From Azolla caroliniana (Eukaryota; Plantae; Polypodiophyta): DNA of 64,000 bases. Shown here piece by piece: positions 1-12,400 of the stretch. The DNA lies in NCBI GenBank assembly GCA_043228905.1, contig JBHGNT010000012.1:13640001-13704000 (forward strand), in the 5' to 3' direction. The position numbers and the translations under genes are program-made. The stretch's first letter is position 1. Each line of letters begins with the position of its first letter. The notes beneath the pieces were generated by a model. That model was not told the origin of the DNA, did not search any database, and saw nothing but the letters and a program-made list of their open reading frames with translations.

Positions 1-781
1 CTTCCTGGTTGCGATTTCGTGACTTCTCAAGCACTGTTAATTGTCACAAAAGAAGTCTTTTTAACTTTAGAACATATTTTCTCACCCCAACTTGCAAATA
101 AAAAATGAAGGCATTCCGCCCCCAATACCTCAAGAACTCAAAAATAATTTGAAAATGAGGCATCAGTTCATTGTTCTCCATATGTGCAAAAACCCAACTG
201 AAGGAAGATAGACTTACTCATGTTAGAGACATCCACACTAAATTGATACACCTCCAAACCATCCTTGCCATCAGGCATGAAATAAATTGATGCCTACTAT
301 GTTCCAATTCCACCGAACAAAAGAAACACAATCCTTTAGTAATGTTTCTTTTTTTTAATGCATCCCCTAATGGTAAAGCTCCAACCATAACTCTCCAAAT
401 AAATACCTTGGCTCGTAGCATCAATCGAGAACACCAACCTGCCTTGATCACATGAAACCACCAAGTAATGGGCTTATGAAAACCCCATATCTTTATAACC
501 ATTTCTTCCAAACACTTATGTTTGTCAATCAACTTGTGATAAGCAACATTCATTGACATCATAGTCAATCTCTTATTTCCAACAAACCTCCAATCAAGCT
601 CTTGAGATCGCCCATTTAAATCAGGAATTGGCTCATGCAAAGATAGTATTTGTTGCAACTTATCCCAAATAAAGTTATAACCTTTTGGAATGCGAAATGT
701 TGATCTTATTGGTCGAAAAGCCATTAATCTTCTTTGTGAAACCAACATAGCATCCTTAACTGCTACCAAACCCAATCTCGC

Positions 782-784
<3 letters not shown>
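1..784 (-). mobile_element. L1-like LINE 3' fragment (zf-RVT region)
   Basis: ORF 218-784 contains KVFIWRVMVGALP..CFFC..ELEHSRHQFISC..ARMVW, the C-terminal zinc-binding region of plant LINE ORF2. Confidence 0.7.

Positions 785-785
<1 letters not shown>

Positions 786-840
<55 letters not shown>
786..840. repeat. (CT)n microsatellite
   Basis: Perfect CT run. Confidence 0.97.
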
Positions 841-842
<2 letters not shown>

Positions 843-871
843 ATGCATGGCTAACAAACTCCCACCAGATA

Positions 872-1760
872 TTGCTTTGTATACAGAAGAGACCCACCAA
901 TACATGGCTAGCAAACTCCCCAATATACAAGGATATAGACGGGAGTCAATACTCCGATACTAGGGGTTCAGGAGGAGTGGTTGTGTTATATAAAAAGGAG
1001 CTCCATGATAGAGTGCATGTTGTGCATAAGGACATAGATGCACATTACATGTGGATACGAATCAAAAGAGGGGATCTTAGGGAGCTATATATTGCAATTT
1101 TCTACTTTCCACCTACCTACTCAAGGTTTGCACCTCTCAGTGAATCATCATATATACCATTATATGATGATAGCATAAGATTTGCTACTATGGGGGACAT
1201 AATACTATTAAGAGACTTCAATGCATGAACCACTAAGGATGAACAACTTTGTTTGAAACTAGTGAGGCTATTTATGGAGAAGTTATGGCTGAAGAGGTTA
1301 GTCTAAAGCAACAAGCTCAAGATATGAGGATTATAAAAAAATATGGCAAACGCTTTGTAGCCTTAGGAAGTGTGCATAGACTTGTGATTTATAATGGATT
1401 GTCATAATGGCTTGGATCTGATTTATAATGGATTGTCATAATGGCTTGGATCTGATGCTTTAACATGTTGGAACCCAAAAGGAGGTGCACGCACAGTCGA
1501 TTACCTAATAGGATCTCCATCTCTTATACTTGAAATAAGAGAGTTCACTATATCGGGTAGACCTATTGGCTTGGCAACAGATCATTGATATCTACGCTTT
1601 GAAGAAAAGAATGGATGCACAAGGGATGTAATTCTAAGGAGGGTGGGTTGGCTAAGAATCAATTTACTTGCAAGACAATTGGTGTTTATAGTTGTGGAGT
1701 ATCCAATGGCATGCTAGATTTAGATCCTTTCGCAACCCTTGATGAAGTTACTCAAGGATT
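872..1760 (+). mobile_element. Degenerate LINE APE-endonuclease fragment
   Basis: RGSGGVVVLYKK, YIAIFYFPP, DIILLRDFNA and a later TVDYLIGS-like motif; broken by stops. Confidence 0.7.
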
Positions 1761-1763
1761 AGG

Positions 1764-1830
1764 AATCGGCAATGGTTCGGTTTTGGCTGAGCCGGTTTGG
1801 CCTAGTCCAAACCAAACTGGTTAAGCCTTA
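1764..1830. mobile_element. Terminal fragment of the hAT-MITE family seen at 40423-40934
   Basis: AATCGGCAATGGTTCGGTTT matches the TIR AATCGGCAACGGTTCGGTTT. Confidence 0.55.
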
Positions 1831-1897
1831 AACAGCTTGGGAGTTGCGGGATGCAGACCCATGAAACGAGCATGACAGTAAATTAACAGACAGGTCC

Positions 1898-4177
1898 ATG
1901 AGAGAATCTCTATGCGTTAGATCAGAGAAGCTGCGGGAATACAGGAAATCCTGTGAGAGAATGGACCTCTTATGGAAAGACTTCTTCATGGACCCATATC
2001 TATGGTACGACAATCGTAGCAGTAAGGTTAATTCTTAGAGACAGTGTCAGTTCTTCTGAATTCTTTTTCTTTGAGAGTGGGTTGCAGATCATTTGATATG
2101 TTCTTTTTTAAGTTTTTGCTGCTTTTGTTGATTGGATACAGTTTACTTCCCGATCCCCAGATTTTAGACATAGAGTTACAAACACGTCTTTGTGGGTTGA
2201 TGGATGGGACACTCCCTTCTGGGTCCCAACAGAACTCACTTGGAGACAGGATATTGGAAACATCAGGATTGAGAATGATTTTGCGTTTGTCGAGTTACTT
2301 AAGTCTTGTGCCAAGAAGAAAGACCTTCATGCAGGCACTAAGCTTCATTGGGATATCCTTAAGAGTGATTTACTTGAGAAGAACCCTTACATTGCGAACA
2401 CTTTAATCACTATGTATGTTAAGTGTGGCGTTCCTGAGAAGGCTCAGCAAGTGCTTCAACAGCTTATGATTCAGAATGTAGTATCATGGAATGCTTTGAT
2501 TTCAGGGTATGTTCATAAAGGCCAAGGCCATGAAGCAATAGAATGTTTTGAGAATATGCAAAAGAATGGCATTTATCCGAATGGGCTCACCTTCACTTGC
2601 ATCCTCAAGGCATGTGGTAGTGTTGGAGCCATAGACAAGGGCAAACAAATTCATGAGGAGATTGTCAGTAGAGGCTTGCTGGAGAGAAATGTTATGCTTG
2701 GGAATGCTTTGGTGGACATGTATGTCAAATGTGGTTCGTTTGCAAAAGCGCAGCAAATGTTTGAAGAGCTTCCTGTCCGAAATGTGGTCTCTTGGAACAC
2801 TCTCATTTCAGGATATGTGCAACATGAACAAGGTCATGAAGCCCTCCATTGTTTTGCATGTATGCAAAAAGAAGGTTTCGTCCCGGATGAAGTCACTTTC
2901 ACTTGTATCCTAAAGGCTTGTGGCAGCATTGGAGCCATTGATAAAGGCACAAAGATTCATGATGAAATTGTTAGTAATGGCTTGGTGATGGAGAATGTCA
3001 TGTTGGGAAATACTCTGGTAGGTATGTATGCCAAATTTGGTCTACTTGTAAAAGCAAGAGAAGTTCTTGAACAGCTTCCGGTCCGTGACATAGTCTCATG
3101 GAATGCATTAATTGTGGGATATGTTCAAGAAGGACAACTGAATGAAGCACTGAACTGTTTTGCAAGTATACGGAGGGAAGGACTCTGTCCAAATGAGTTC
3201 ACTTTTACTTGCATCCTATTGACAAAGGAAAACAAGTTCATGATGAAATTTTCTATGGGGGCTTCTTAGATGAAAATATCGTGCTTGGCAATGCTTTGAT
3301 TGATATGTACGCCAAATGTGGCAAAATCTCAATGGCATTCCAAGTGCTTGAAGAGCTTCCTGTTCGAAATGTGGTATCATGGAATACATTAATTTCAGTA
3401 TATTCCCAACATAATCGGGGGCATGAAGCATTCAATTGTTTCATACAGATGCAAGGAGAAGGTCTTTCAGCTAATGAGGTTACCTTTGCTAGCCTTCTAC
3501 ATGCTTGTGGAACTATTGGCGCTATCGAGAAAGGAAGACAAATTCATGATGAAATTGTCAGTGGAGACTTGCTAAAGAAAAATATTGTGCTTGGGACTGC
3601 ATTGGTGGATATGTATGCCAAATGCGGTATGGTTGAAAAAGCACATGAAATGCTGGAAGAGCTTTCCTTTCGAGATATCGTCTGTTGGTCTGCACTGATT
3701 GCAGGACATGCTCAAGAGGGTCAAGGCCATTCGGCACTAATGTGTTTCACACAGATGCAAAATGAGGGGATTATCCCCGATGAGGTAACTTTCTTATGTG
3801 TACTGAATGCGTGTAGTCACTCAGGGCACTTGAATGAAGCCGAAACATACTATGAAAATATGAGCAAAAAGTATGGGATCATTCCAAAGATAGAACACCA
3901 TACTTGTATGGTAATCATTTTTGGATGTGCAGGCTGCTTTGACAAGGCATTATCAATTATGAAGACAATAACATGTTTTAATGATCCTTCTGTTTGGCTT
4001 GCACTATTGGGTGCCTGTAGAAAATGGAAGAATGTAGAGCTTGGGAGGTTTGCTTTCGATCATACCATATGGCTGGATGAAAATATTACTGCAGCCTATA
4101 CCCTTATGGCTGCCATTTATGCAGATGTTGGCATGCACAAGGAAGCAAAAATGCTCGAAGCTATTGAGAGTAAATAA
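1898..4177 (+). pseudogene. PLS-class PPR-E gene with N-terminal PDF (OSB-like) motif; exon1 1898-2026, intron 2027-2141, exon2 2142-4177; frameshift near 3218
   Basis: A phase-0 GT..AG intron joins LWKDFFMDPYLWYDNRSSK to FTSRSPDFRHRVTNTSLW in frame with ORF 2190-3269. P-L-S repeats (VVSWNALI/FTCILKACG/LGNALVDMYAKCG) follow. KACGSIGA is deleted, and the frame continues in ORF 3209-4177 to an E domain (WLALLGACRKW). Confidence 0.85.
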
Positions 4178-4299
4178 TAATACTGCGCTTAGCAAGAGGT
4201 GAATCTCCATTTTTTACATATTTACACTATTTTTAAAGAAAAAATATGTATTCATGTTATGTTATCAATAACTGTGGTTGTGACAGATGATTTTTCTTC

Positions 4300-4910
4300 T
4301 GGTTGGGATAACAAGTTGTAATTCAACAAAAAGCCACTTGGCGGATGTAAATATTTATTAAGGATGCATATAAAGGGAGTTCGACTCATTGTTACTGAAA
4401 AGGTTTGTGATCACCAGGAGTCGCAACAACAAACTTGTTTGATTGTGAAAATGACATCGATATTGAATATGTACATATTATGAAGGCTATTTATACAAAA
4501 TGGCCATTGCATAAGATGCAAATACATTAACTTGAGCATATGTGTGAAAGATAAGGGCTTTAGTTTTTCCTAGATTCACTACCAATCCTTGTTGTGTGCA
4601 AAAGTCATGTAAAGCATTAAGGTGCCTTTGTGGGTCGTGTTCTGACTTCGAGAGCAAAACTATGTCATCCACATATAGCAAGAGACTAACTTGTGTACCC
4701 CCAAGTCTACTCAGTGATCTCATCTATGTAGATCTCAAAAAGCATCGATGATAGAGGGAAACCTTGTTTTACACCAATGGTGCTAGTGAAACAATTGGAT
4801 AGGCCACCTAGGCATCGTACACACCTAGAGGCATACTCATATAAAGCATAGATAACCCAAATCATGTCATCTGGTATCGCCGGGCTTTTATATCCAAGTA
4901 CAGGAAACAA
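4300..4910 (-). mobile_element. RTE-like LINE reverse transcriptase fragment
   Basis: TIGVKQGFPLSS and LLLYVDDIVLL..VVNLGKTK. Confidence 0.8.
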
Positions 4911-5999
4911 GATCTCTCATATCCAAGTCCTCATAACCCACTAGAAAAACCTTCTTCTCTCATGGAGAGCCAATAGATGTGAATTTATTGATCTCTCATT
5001 AAAAGCCAATGCAAGAGAACTCTAAAGTTTTTTTATGGTTGTTGGCTCATCAATAAAGAACTCAACAAGTTCTCTCATGGTTGGCACAACTCAAAAACTC
5101 AACTAAGTTCTCTTATTTTCTTTCCAATAAAAGAGAATTGAACAAATTCTCTCTTGGACAACCAACACAAGAACTATTTCTCTCTTGGACAACCAACACA
5201 AGAGATCTGAATGAGTTGTCTAAAGCAAACGACTACAAAAGAGCCCAATGAGTTCTTTGTGGTAGATTTGTGTCACAACATGAGCACAAACAAGTCACCT
5301 ACTTCTCATAGTAGTGCCAACTCATAAAATAGTGTTGATCATTAGTCTCTTCACTTCAAGTTGACCTGTTACTCTACTATTTGACTCACAAAATAGAGTT
5401 TGCACTTATTTTCCATCCTCCCATTTATTTAGGTCACTTCTTGCCTTTTCCCTTTTTCCATGTATACCCCTTAGGAAAATATTAGCAAACATAGTTTAAT
5501 ACAAAAGCACAAGTCCTTTTTCACATATGCACACATTAATGCACATGTGGATAGACACAACATGATTAGATTCTCTTCCAGTGCACACACATAAATATTT
5601 TGAGTGCATAGTTTTATACACACTCATGCATAAACATTGAGTATTGCATAACCATGTACACATAAGTTGACACACATTTATAAGTAAATATAAACCAAAA
5701 CACCTAGATTCATGACATCAACATCCATTGTACACAACAAGAGGAAAATTTGATAAATAACATGTTCAAGTGCCAACTTGCAACTCTAAACTCTCACGAC
5801 AAAAACTAAGTTTAGGATCCCAATTTTACCACTTTCAAACCCTTAATGTGGATTCTCACAATGATGGGATGTAGAGGCTAGATACATATGGATTTCTCTC
5901 GAGCTCTTAGAGGCATGAGTCTTATTCATTGCATAATATAATGTAAAGCAAAATAGAGGATATCCCCCCATTTCTTTCTTACCTCACTTTTTCTCCTTA

Positions 6000-7700
6000 T
6001 ATATACAAGCTAATTAACTATGTAATTTCTCTTGAATTGATCCATCTTTGTCAACATATCCATTGGATTGCTTCCTTGGATTTTCTCTAGTATTGACATC
6101 TCCTCTTCCAATAAAGATATGATGAAGTGATAATGATGGCCAATATTCTTGGTTCTAGGATGAAATGTTATATTGCACTCTTACTACGACTACGCAAAAC
6201 ATTCTTCTCTTGTTTGAATCCCCACTTAGTTAACAAACCTTGATGACATAACATCTCTTTACTAGTGTCAGTCATTGCTACATACTCAACATTCTTCTCT
6301 TGTTTGAATCCCCACTTAGTTAACAAACCTTGATGCCATAACATCTCTTTACTAGTGTCAGTCATTGCTACATACTCAACTTCTATAATGGCATGCATTC
6401 CAAGAATCTTCTTTGTTGGTTCCAAGTCCTCCATGTCAAACTCTTTTGACAATTATTGCTTCAACTTTCTACTGTCATGCATATCTAAAATGATACGGTT
6501 GGACTTACATTTTTTGAAGTAGCCGATGAAGGTGCATATCTAAACTGACACTAGCATATCATCAACATAATTTAGTAAAATGATACAGTTGGACTTACAT
6601 TTTTTGAAGTAGCCAATGAAGGTGCATTTCTTAGATTTGGAATCAATCTTATTGCTACTTTGATCACTGGTATGAACATGTGCTACACAACCAAAAACTT
6701 TTCGATGTGATAGTATTATCTCTTACCACTCCATACCTCCTTCTGGTATTCTGTGTTCTTGGGTCTCAATTGACGTAAGTAAGCTGATATATTAGCTACT
6801 TCTGCCCAAATTTGCGTTGGTAGACCTTATTGTATCCAAATTCTTCTGGCTCTTTATGTCAAGCTTAGATTCATTCGCTCAGGTACACCATTGATTGTGT
6901 TGAGGTGTATCCACCACGATTCATAGCAAAACTTATTGAATCTAGTGTCTTCATATTCTAGCCTAATAATCTTCAGACTTGTCTCATTTTCAAGTATAAT
7001 TAATTTCCATCCCCGAAAAATACTCAAAAACACTTTAGACTTATGCTTTATAAAGTAAACCCATGAAAGTCATGAAGTAGTCTTCTATACCAATTGATGG
7101 AATAGTCATTGACCCCTAAATATCAGAGTGAAAGAAGTTTTCTTTCTTTGAAGTTCTACTATATGTCAAAAAGCAGCTGATCCCCTTCTGCTTTCCAAGT
7201 ATTCAATCTTTGCACATGTCTATCTCAATTGATTTTAGACCTTGAACTTTCCCCTTTTAGTGCATAATTTTCATTGCGTCACTCATATTGGGATTTTCAT
7301 TTCTGACCACAACTAAATTTGATTTAGCATGCCTTTGTTGTAATGTAAATAGTATCACTCTTTTTTCTGCGAGAAACCATCATTTCACCCTTTGAAAGCT
7401 TCCAATTATAACCACAGATGATCATGGTGTAGCCTTTGCGAGCTAATTCTCCTGTAACTGAGATTAAGTTCTTTCTTAGTTCAGGAATATATGCCTTTCA
7501 TCCTTTAGCATTGATATGCATCCATTCAATTTAATCTTAACTCCACCTTTACCAAAATTAAAGCAAGAAATTAGGGAATAATTGTGCTCCTCCATTCAAA
7601 ATTGCCCAAGTTAGGCAATCACTTTTAACCAAAAATGGTTGGGCCTCATTTCCTTGGACATTAAATTCATGTGATTTTGTATGTTTTCCTCCCCGATTCT
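6000..7700 (-). mobile_element. Highly degenerate, internally deleted Ty1/Copia remnant
   Basis: YIPELRKNLISV, KVFGCVAHVH..SKSKKCTFIGY, YVDDML, SKEFDMEDL and EVEYVAMTDTSKEMLW motifs in Copia order; boundaries approximate. Confidence 0.75.
6201..6380. repeat. 90-bp tandem duplication (2 copies)
   Basis: 6201-6290 and 6291-6380 are near-identical. Confidence 0.9.
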
Positions 7701-8839
7701 ATTGTGAAATGCACATAAAAACACATGCACACCACCCTATCATATTGTAAACATGAGAAACCATAAATTTAGCTTTCTTTTGCCTTTCACTTGGTTCTTG
7801 TAACTAAACCTAAAATATTTCCTAAGGAACATTCATTACTTTCAAATGTAGAGTGGAGATGGGGTAACGATTTGGTTGTCGTAAGTAAGAGGTGAAAAAC
7901 TTACCTTGCAAAATTCATTATTGCCACTTGCCCATCCCATTGTGGGAAAATGACAAATCTATGAGAATCGACAAACAAGAATTAGATCTAGCATTGGGGG
8001 AAAGAAAGAAGGAAATGTCATTGTACCATATTGAGTTACCATTGTAAATGATGAATAGTCATGATGAAACGAGAAATCTTGGTTTGCTATGAAGTAGGTG
8101 TATAAGACTGAAAGCCAAGTAGTTTCTAAGATTGTTACCCCTCTTTGGTGAGATTGATATGAAACAATCACAATGGTAGGTGGGAAGACAATAAGTCAAA
8201 TGAACACTTCCAAAAATGATAAGTAAGATGATGGAATAAATGTTTTGAGGTTGAGACAATCTATTGGCCATGAAATGTGAGGTAGAAAAGGTGTTAAGAG
8301 ACCTCCTGGGTGATCCCAAAGAGAAAACTTCTTCAATTTCTTGAAATCATGAAACCACGAGATGCATAAAAGAATGAAAGGAAAACATGAAAATTAAATT
8401 ATTTGATTAGGTGGTCTTGTTCACACCACATACAAAAATAATGAAGCTACAACAAGTCGGCAATTCCTGTGGTTCCTTTAGGAAGTGAATTACTTGAACA
8501 ATTCAAGGTTGAGAAGACCGTTAAGGTCAATTACAATGAGTTTGACCAATGAATGGGATCCAAGACAAGAGGCATTGACAAGACAAAGGTATTTGATAAG
8601 CCTTGGCAAGACATGCATCCATCTAGGCTTAACCAATGGAGGGAGCAAAAAAGGAGATGAATACAGACCTAGAAATGCACAAAAGATATTGATACATGTG
8701 AAAGGGGTTACAATTGGGATTTAGGAGGGTATATCATAAATGAGATATAATTTAAGGAAAATCTACAAGCTTTTTACTTTCTTTTGCGTTATTTTAACCA
8801 TTCACGATAAGCCCAAGTACTCTCATATCCATCTTATCA

Positions 8840-9167
8840 TTTTGAACCTTGCTTCATCAAGGAATAAAGCATTGTGATACTAATAGTTGTTTATTCAATT
8901 AAATGAAGAAGTATTTCTTTAAAAGCCTAAAAGAGTTTATTAACACTTTAGATCCTTTCTTAAGATTACACATTTGTGAGATCAAGAGAGTGAGTTTGTT
9001 AATAAATAAAACCAAAGTAACATAATCTTGCTTCATGGATATCTAATCTCAAAACCCTTGCCTTTTTTGTATTTTGTTGAACTCCCCTAAATTCTCATTA
9101 TTTCCATACATTTAAATGCCCTGCTCAAGCCCGTCTTGAGCACTCTATAAATGAAAATCATATACAG
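8840..9167 (-). pseudogene. Decayed 5' end of a fourth PPR paralog
   Basis: 9032-9167 aligns with 12275-12416 (upstream region and ATG of the 9682-12279 gene), followed by eroded PPR-like codons. Confidence 0.6.
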
Positions 9168-9681
9168 TGTGGTCTACACTAATTTCAAGATATGCCCAAG
9201 AGGGGAAGTGTCAAGAGGTGCTCAATTGTTTTGAAAAGATGCAATGGGACAATTTGATCTTCTCTCCCATTGAGATCACCTTCATTTGCAATTTGGAAGG
9301 ATGTGGTTGTGTAGGAGCTATTGATTAATATTGTGTATTGTGTATCTTGTTATTGCAAGAGAATTTAGATACGATCTTCTCTCTAGTAGTAGTATCTACA
9401 TCCAAGTCACTATGAACCTCTGTAAACATAATAGAATTGGCGACTGAATTCTTGCCTATGCACAAATGGGGGGGATGTATTGTAAATCCACATCTGGATA
9501 AGGAACTTGTATGCAAAACAAAATCCCCTAGAGCAAAAGGATAGGTAATCTCTAACCATCTAATCATACATTTCATTCATAAAAGAAAATAAAAGTTGTG
9601 AAATGATACACTATTATCTATATCATCGATGATCACCACAAAACACATTTTCTATCTCTATATAAATATAACTAAGACCTT

Positions 9682-12279
9682 CTAGCCATAATCCTTTGTT
9701 GTGTGCTTCTTGATATGAATAATATCAGAAAATGGGAGATCGTAAGAAATACATTGGTTATTCAAACTATCTAGACTTTCAACTTTATGTATATTGAGGA
9801 GACCATGGGCGACAGTCAAGTCCTCGTTATGACCCACTGTTAGATCAAGTGGAACACTATGAAATATTGAGGACACACTTGTGGGATACCCTTCTTTAGA
9901 ACTTTCAAGAGATATCCCTTTCATCTTTGCACATACACCTTCAATTTGAGAATGGTTCCCATTCCCCACAGAAAGTGAATCAACATCTCTACTATTTCCA
10001 TCAATCCCCACACTCATCCCAGCCTTCATCGAAGAAGAATCTTTCGCTCTCATAGATTCAATCTTTTTTGCTTCTTCATGCATACCCATCTCTACATAAA
10101 GATTAGCCATTAAGATGCAGAATCCAGCAAGATCACCACCCAGTTGAATTCCTTGATCAAAGGCCAATCTCCCAAGCTTTACATTTCCCCATTTTCTACA
10201 GGAACCTAATAATGCAAGCCAAACTGAAGGATGATCCGAAAATGGCATCGTCTTAATCACCGACATTGCCTGGTCGAAACACCCCGCAGATCCAAAAATA
10301 GCTACCATGCAAGTATAATGCTCTAGCTTCGGCATGATCCCATATCTTTTGCTCATATCGTCATAATACATTTGGGCCTTGTCCAATTTCCCTGCGTGAC
10401 TACATGCATTTAGTACACATAGCAAGGTTACATCATTTGGATGAAAACCTTCCCTTTGCATTTGTTCAAATGCATTCAGAGCTTCCTCACAAAGCCCCTC
10501 TTCAGCATAACCTGCAATGAGTGCAGCCCAAGACACGCTGTCTCGAATACGAAGCTCTTCAAGCACTTGCCTTGCTTTTGCAGGTGCACCACATTTAGCA
10601 TACATATCCACCAAAGAATTCCCGAGCACAACACTCTGATCCAGCAAACCCCTATTGGTAATCTCATTGTGAACTTGTATACCTTTAGCTATAGCTCCTA
10701 TGCTGCTGCAAGCTTTCAGGATGCAACTGAAGCTGAATTCATTGGGAAAAAGACCCTCCCTTTGCATGTGTTCAAAACAGTTCAATGCTTCATGACCACG
10801 TCCTTCTTGGGAATATCCTGCTAGAAGTGCATTCCATGATACTATGTCTCTGCAAGGAAGGTTGTCAAGCACTTGTTGTGCTTTTGCAATTCTACCACAT
10901 TTCGCATACATGTCCACCAAAGCAGTTCCAAGCACAACATTCTTTTGTAGCAAGCCCCTAGTCACGATCTCATTATGTATTTGTTTCCCCTTTTCAATAG
11001 CACCTATGCTGCCGCAAGCCTTTAAAATACAAGTAAATGTAATCTCATTTGGAGACAGTCCCTCCCTTTGTATTTGTATGAAACAGTTTAGCGCTTCCTT
11101 GCCATGTTCATGTTGGGCATAGCCCGCAATTAATGCATTCCATGATATTATGTCACGAACATGAAGTTGTTTCAGTACTATTTGTGCCTTTCCAAGTACA
11201 CCACATTTGGCATACATATCTATTAATGCATTGCCAATCACGACATTTCTCTCCAACCACCCTCTTCTAGCAATTTCATCATGAATTTGTTCACCTTTAT
11301 CAGCAGCTCCTATGCTAGCACAAGCCTTCAAGATGCTGATGAAGGTGACCTGATTCGGAACTAGGCCCTCCTTTTGCATCTGTTCGAAACAGTCCAATGC
11401 TTCATGACCTTGTCCCTGTTGAGCATATCCACCAATTATTGAAGTCCACGAGACCACGTCTCGATTGGAAAGCTCCTCGAGAACTTGACGTGCTCTATCT
11501 AATACACCACATTTGACATACATATCCACTAAAGCATTGCCAAGATTAGTATTTTTCTTCAGCAAGCCTCTATCAACAATATCATTATGAGTCTTTGTGC
11601 CTCTATCTATAGCTCCTACACTACCACATGCTTGCAAAATGCAAATGAAGGTGATCCCATCCGGGTTGATGCCGTCCCTTTGCATCTCTTCAAAACAATT
11701 GAGCGCCTCTTGACCTTGCCCCTCTTGGGCATACCTTGAAATTAGTGTAGACCATGAGACTTCATTGCGGATCGGAAGCTCTTTAAGTACTTGATGTGCT
11801 TTTGCGAGCAAACCACATTTGGCATACATGTCAACCAAAGCATTACCGAGTGCAACATGTTTCTCCAACAACCCTCTACGAACAATCTCATCATGAATTT
11901 GTTTGCCCTTGTCTATTGCCCTTAAACTGCTACAAGCTTTGAAGATGCATGTGAAGGTGATCCCATCTGGAGAGATGCCCTCCTGCTGCATCTTTTCGAA
12001 ACAACTTAGTGCTTCATGAAATCGTTCATGTTGAGCATACCCTGAAATGAGTGCATTCCAAGAGATCACATCTCTAGCATGAAGATCATCGAACACTTCC
12101 TGAGCTTTTCTTAGGTCGCCACATTTGGAATACATACTGATCAAAGTGGAGGCAATATAAGGGCTTTTCTCAAGTAAACCTCCCTTAAGAATATGAGAAT
12201 GAAGCTTCGTGCCTTCATAGACATCCTTCTTCTTTGCACAAGCCTTAAGTAGCTCCACCAACACAAAATCCGGTTTCAT
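9682..12279 (-). CDS. PLS-class PPR protein (865 aa) with E domain and degenerate, truncated DYW-like tail
   Basis: Intact ORF with about six P-L-S triplets, an E domain (WLALLGSCRKWGNVKLGR), then SLSVGNGNHSQ..KEGY..GHNEDLTVAHGLLN. Confidence 0.93.
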   Translation of the reverse strand: MKPDFVLVELLKACAKKKDVYEGTKLHSHILKGGLLEKSPYIASTLISMYSKCGDLRKAQEVFDDLHARDVISWNALISGYAQHERFHEALSCFEKMQQEGISPDGITFTCIFKACSSLRAIDKGKQIHDEIVRRGLLEKHVALGNALVDMYAKCGLLAKAHQVLKELPIRNEVSWSTLISRYAQEGQGQEALNCFEEMQRDGINPDGITFICILQACGSVGAIDRGTKTHNDIVDRGLLKKNTNLGNALVDMYVKCGVLDRARQVLEELSNRDVVSWTSIIGGYAQQGQGHEALDCFEQMQKEGLVPNQVTFISILKACASIGAADKGEQIHDEIARRGWLERNVVIGNALIDMYAKCGVLGKAQIVLKQLHVRDIISWNALIAGYAQHEHGKEALNCFIQIQREGLSPNEITFTCILKACGSIGAIEKGKQIHNEIVTRGLLQKNVVLGTALVDMYAKCGRIAKAQQVLDNLPCRDIVSWNALLAGYSQEGRGHEALNCFEHMQREGLFPNEFSFSCILKACSSIGAIAKGIQVHNEITNRGLLDQSVVLGNSLVDMYAKCGAPAKARQVLEELRIRDSVSWAALIAGYAEEGLCEEALNAFEQMQREGFHPNDVTLLCVLNACSHAGKLDKAQMYYDDMSKRYGIMPKLEHYTCMVAIFGSAGCFDQAMSVIKTMPFSDHPSVWLALLGSCRKWGNVKLGRLAFDQGIQLGGDLAGFCILMANLYVEMGMHEEAKKIESMRAKDSSSMKAGMSVGIDGNSRDVDSLSVGNGNHSQIEGVCAKMKGISLESSKEGYPTSVSSIFHSVPLDLTVGHNEDLTVAHGLLNIHKVESLDSLNNQCISYDLPFSDIIHIKKHTTKDYG

Positions 12280-12400
12280 GGATAGCTCATCTCAAAACCC
12301 TTGCCTTTTCTGTGTTCCCTCATATGCCCCTGAATTCTACGAATTTCTTCCATACAGTTAAATGCCCTGATCAAGCCCACCTCTGGAGCACTTTGTAAGT

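Noticed and set aside
12265-12279. MKPDF at the start of PPR gene 2 as a PDF motif
   Set aside because: It aligns to ENDF/EKDV at the first PPR-like helix of the paralogs and lacks the WxDNR and LW elements.
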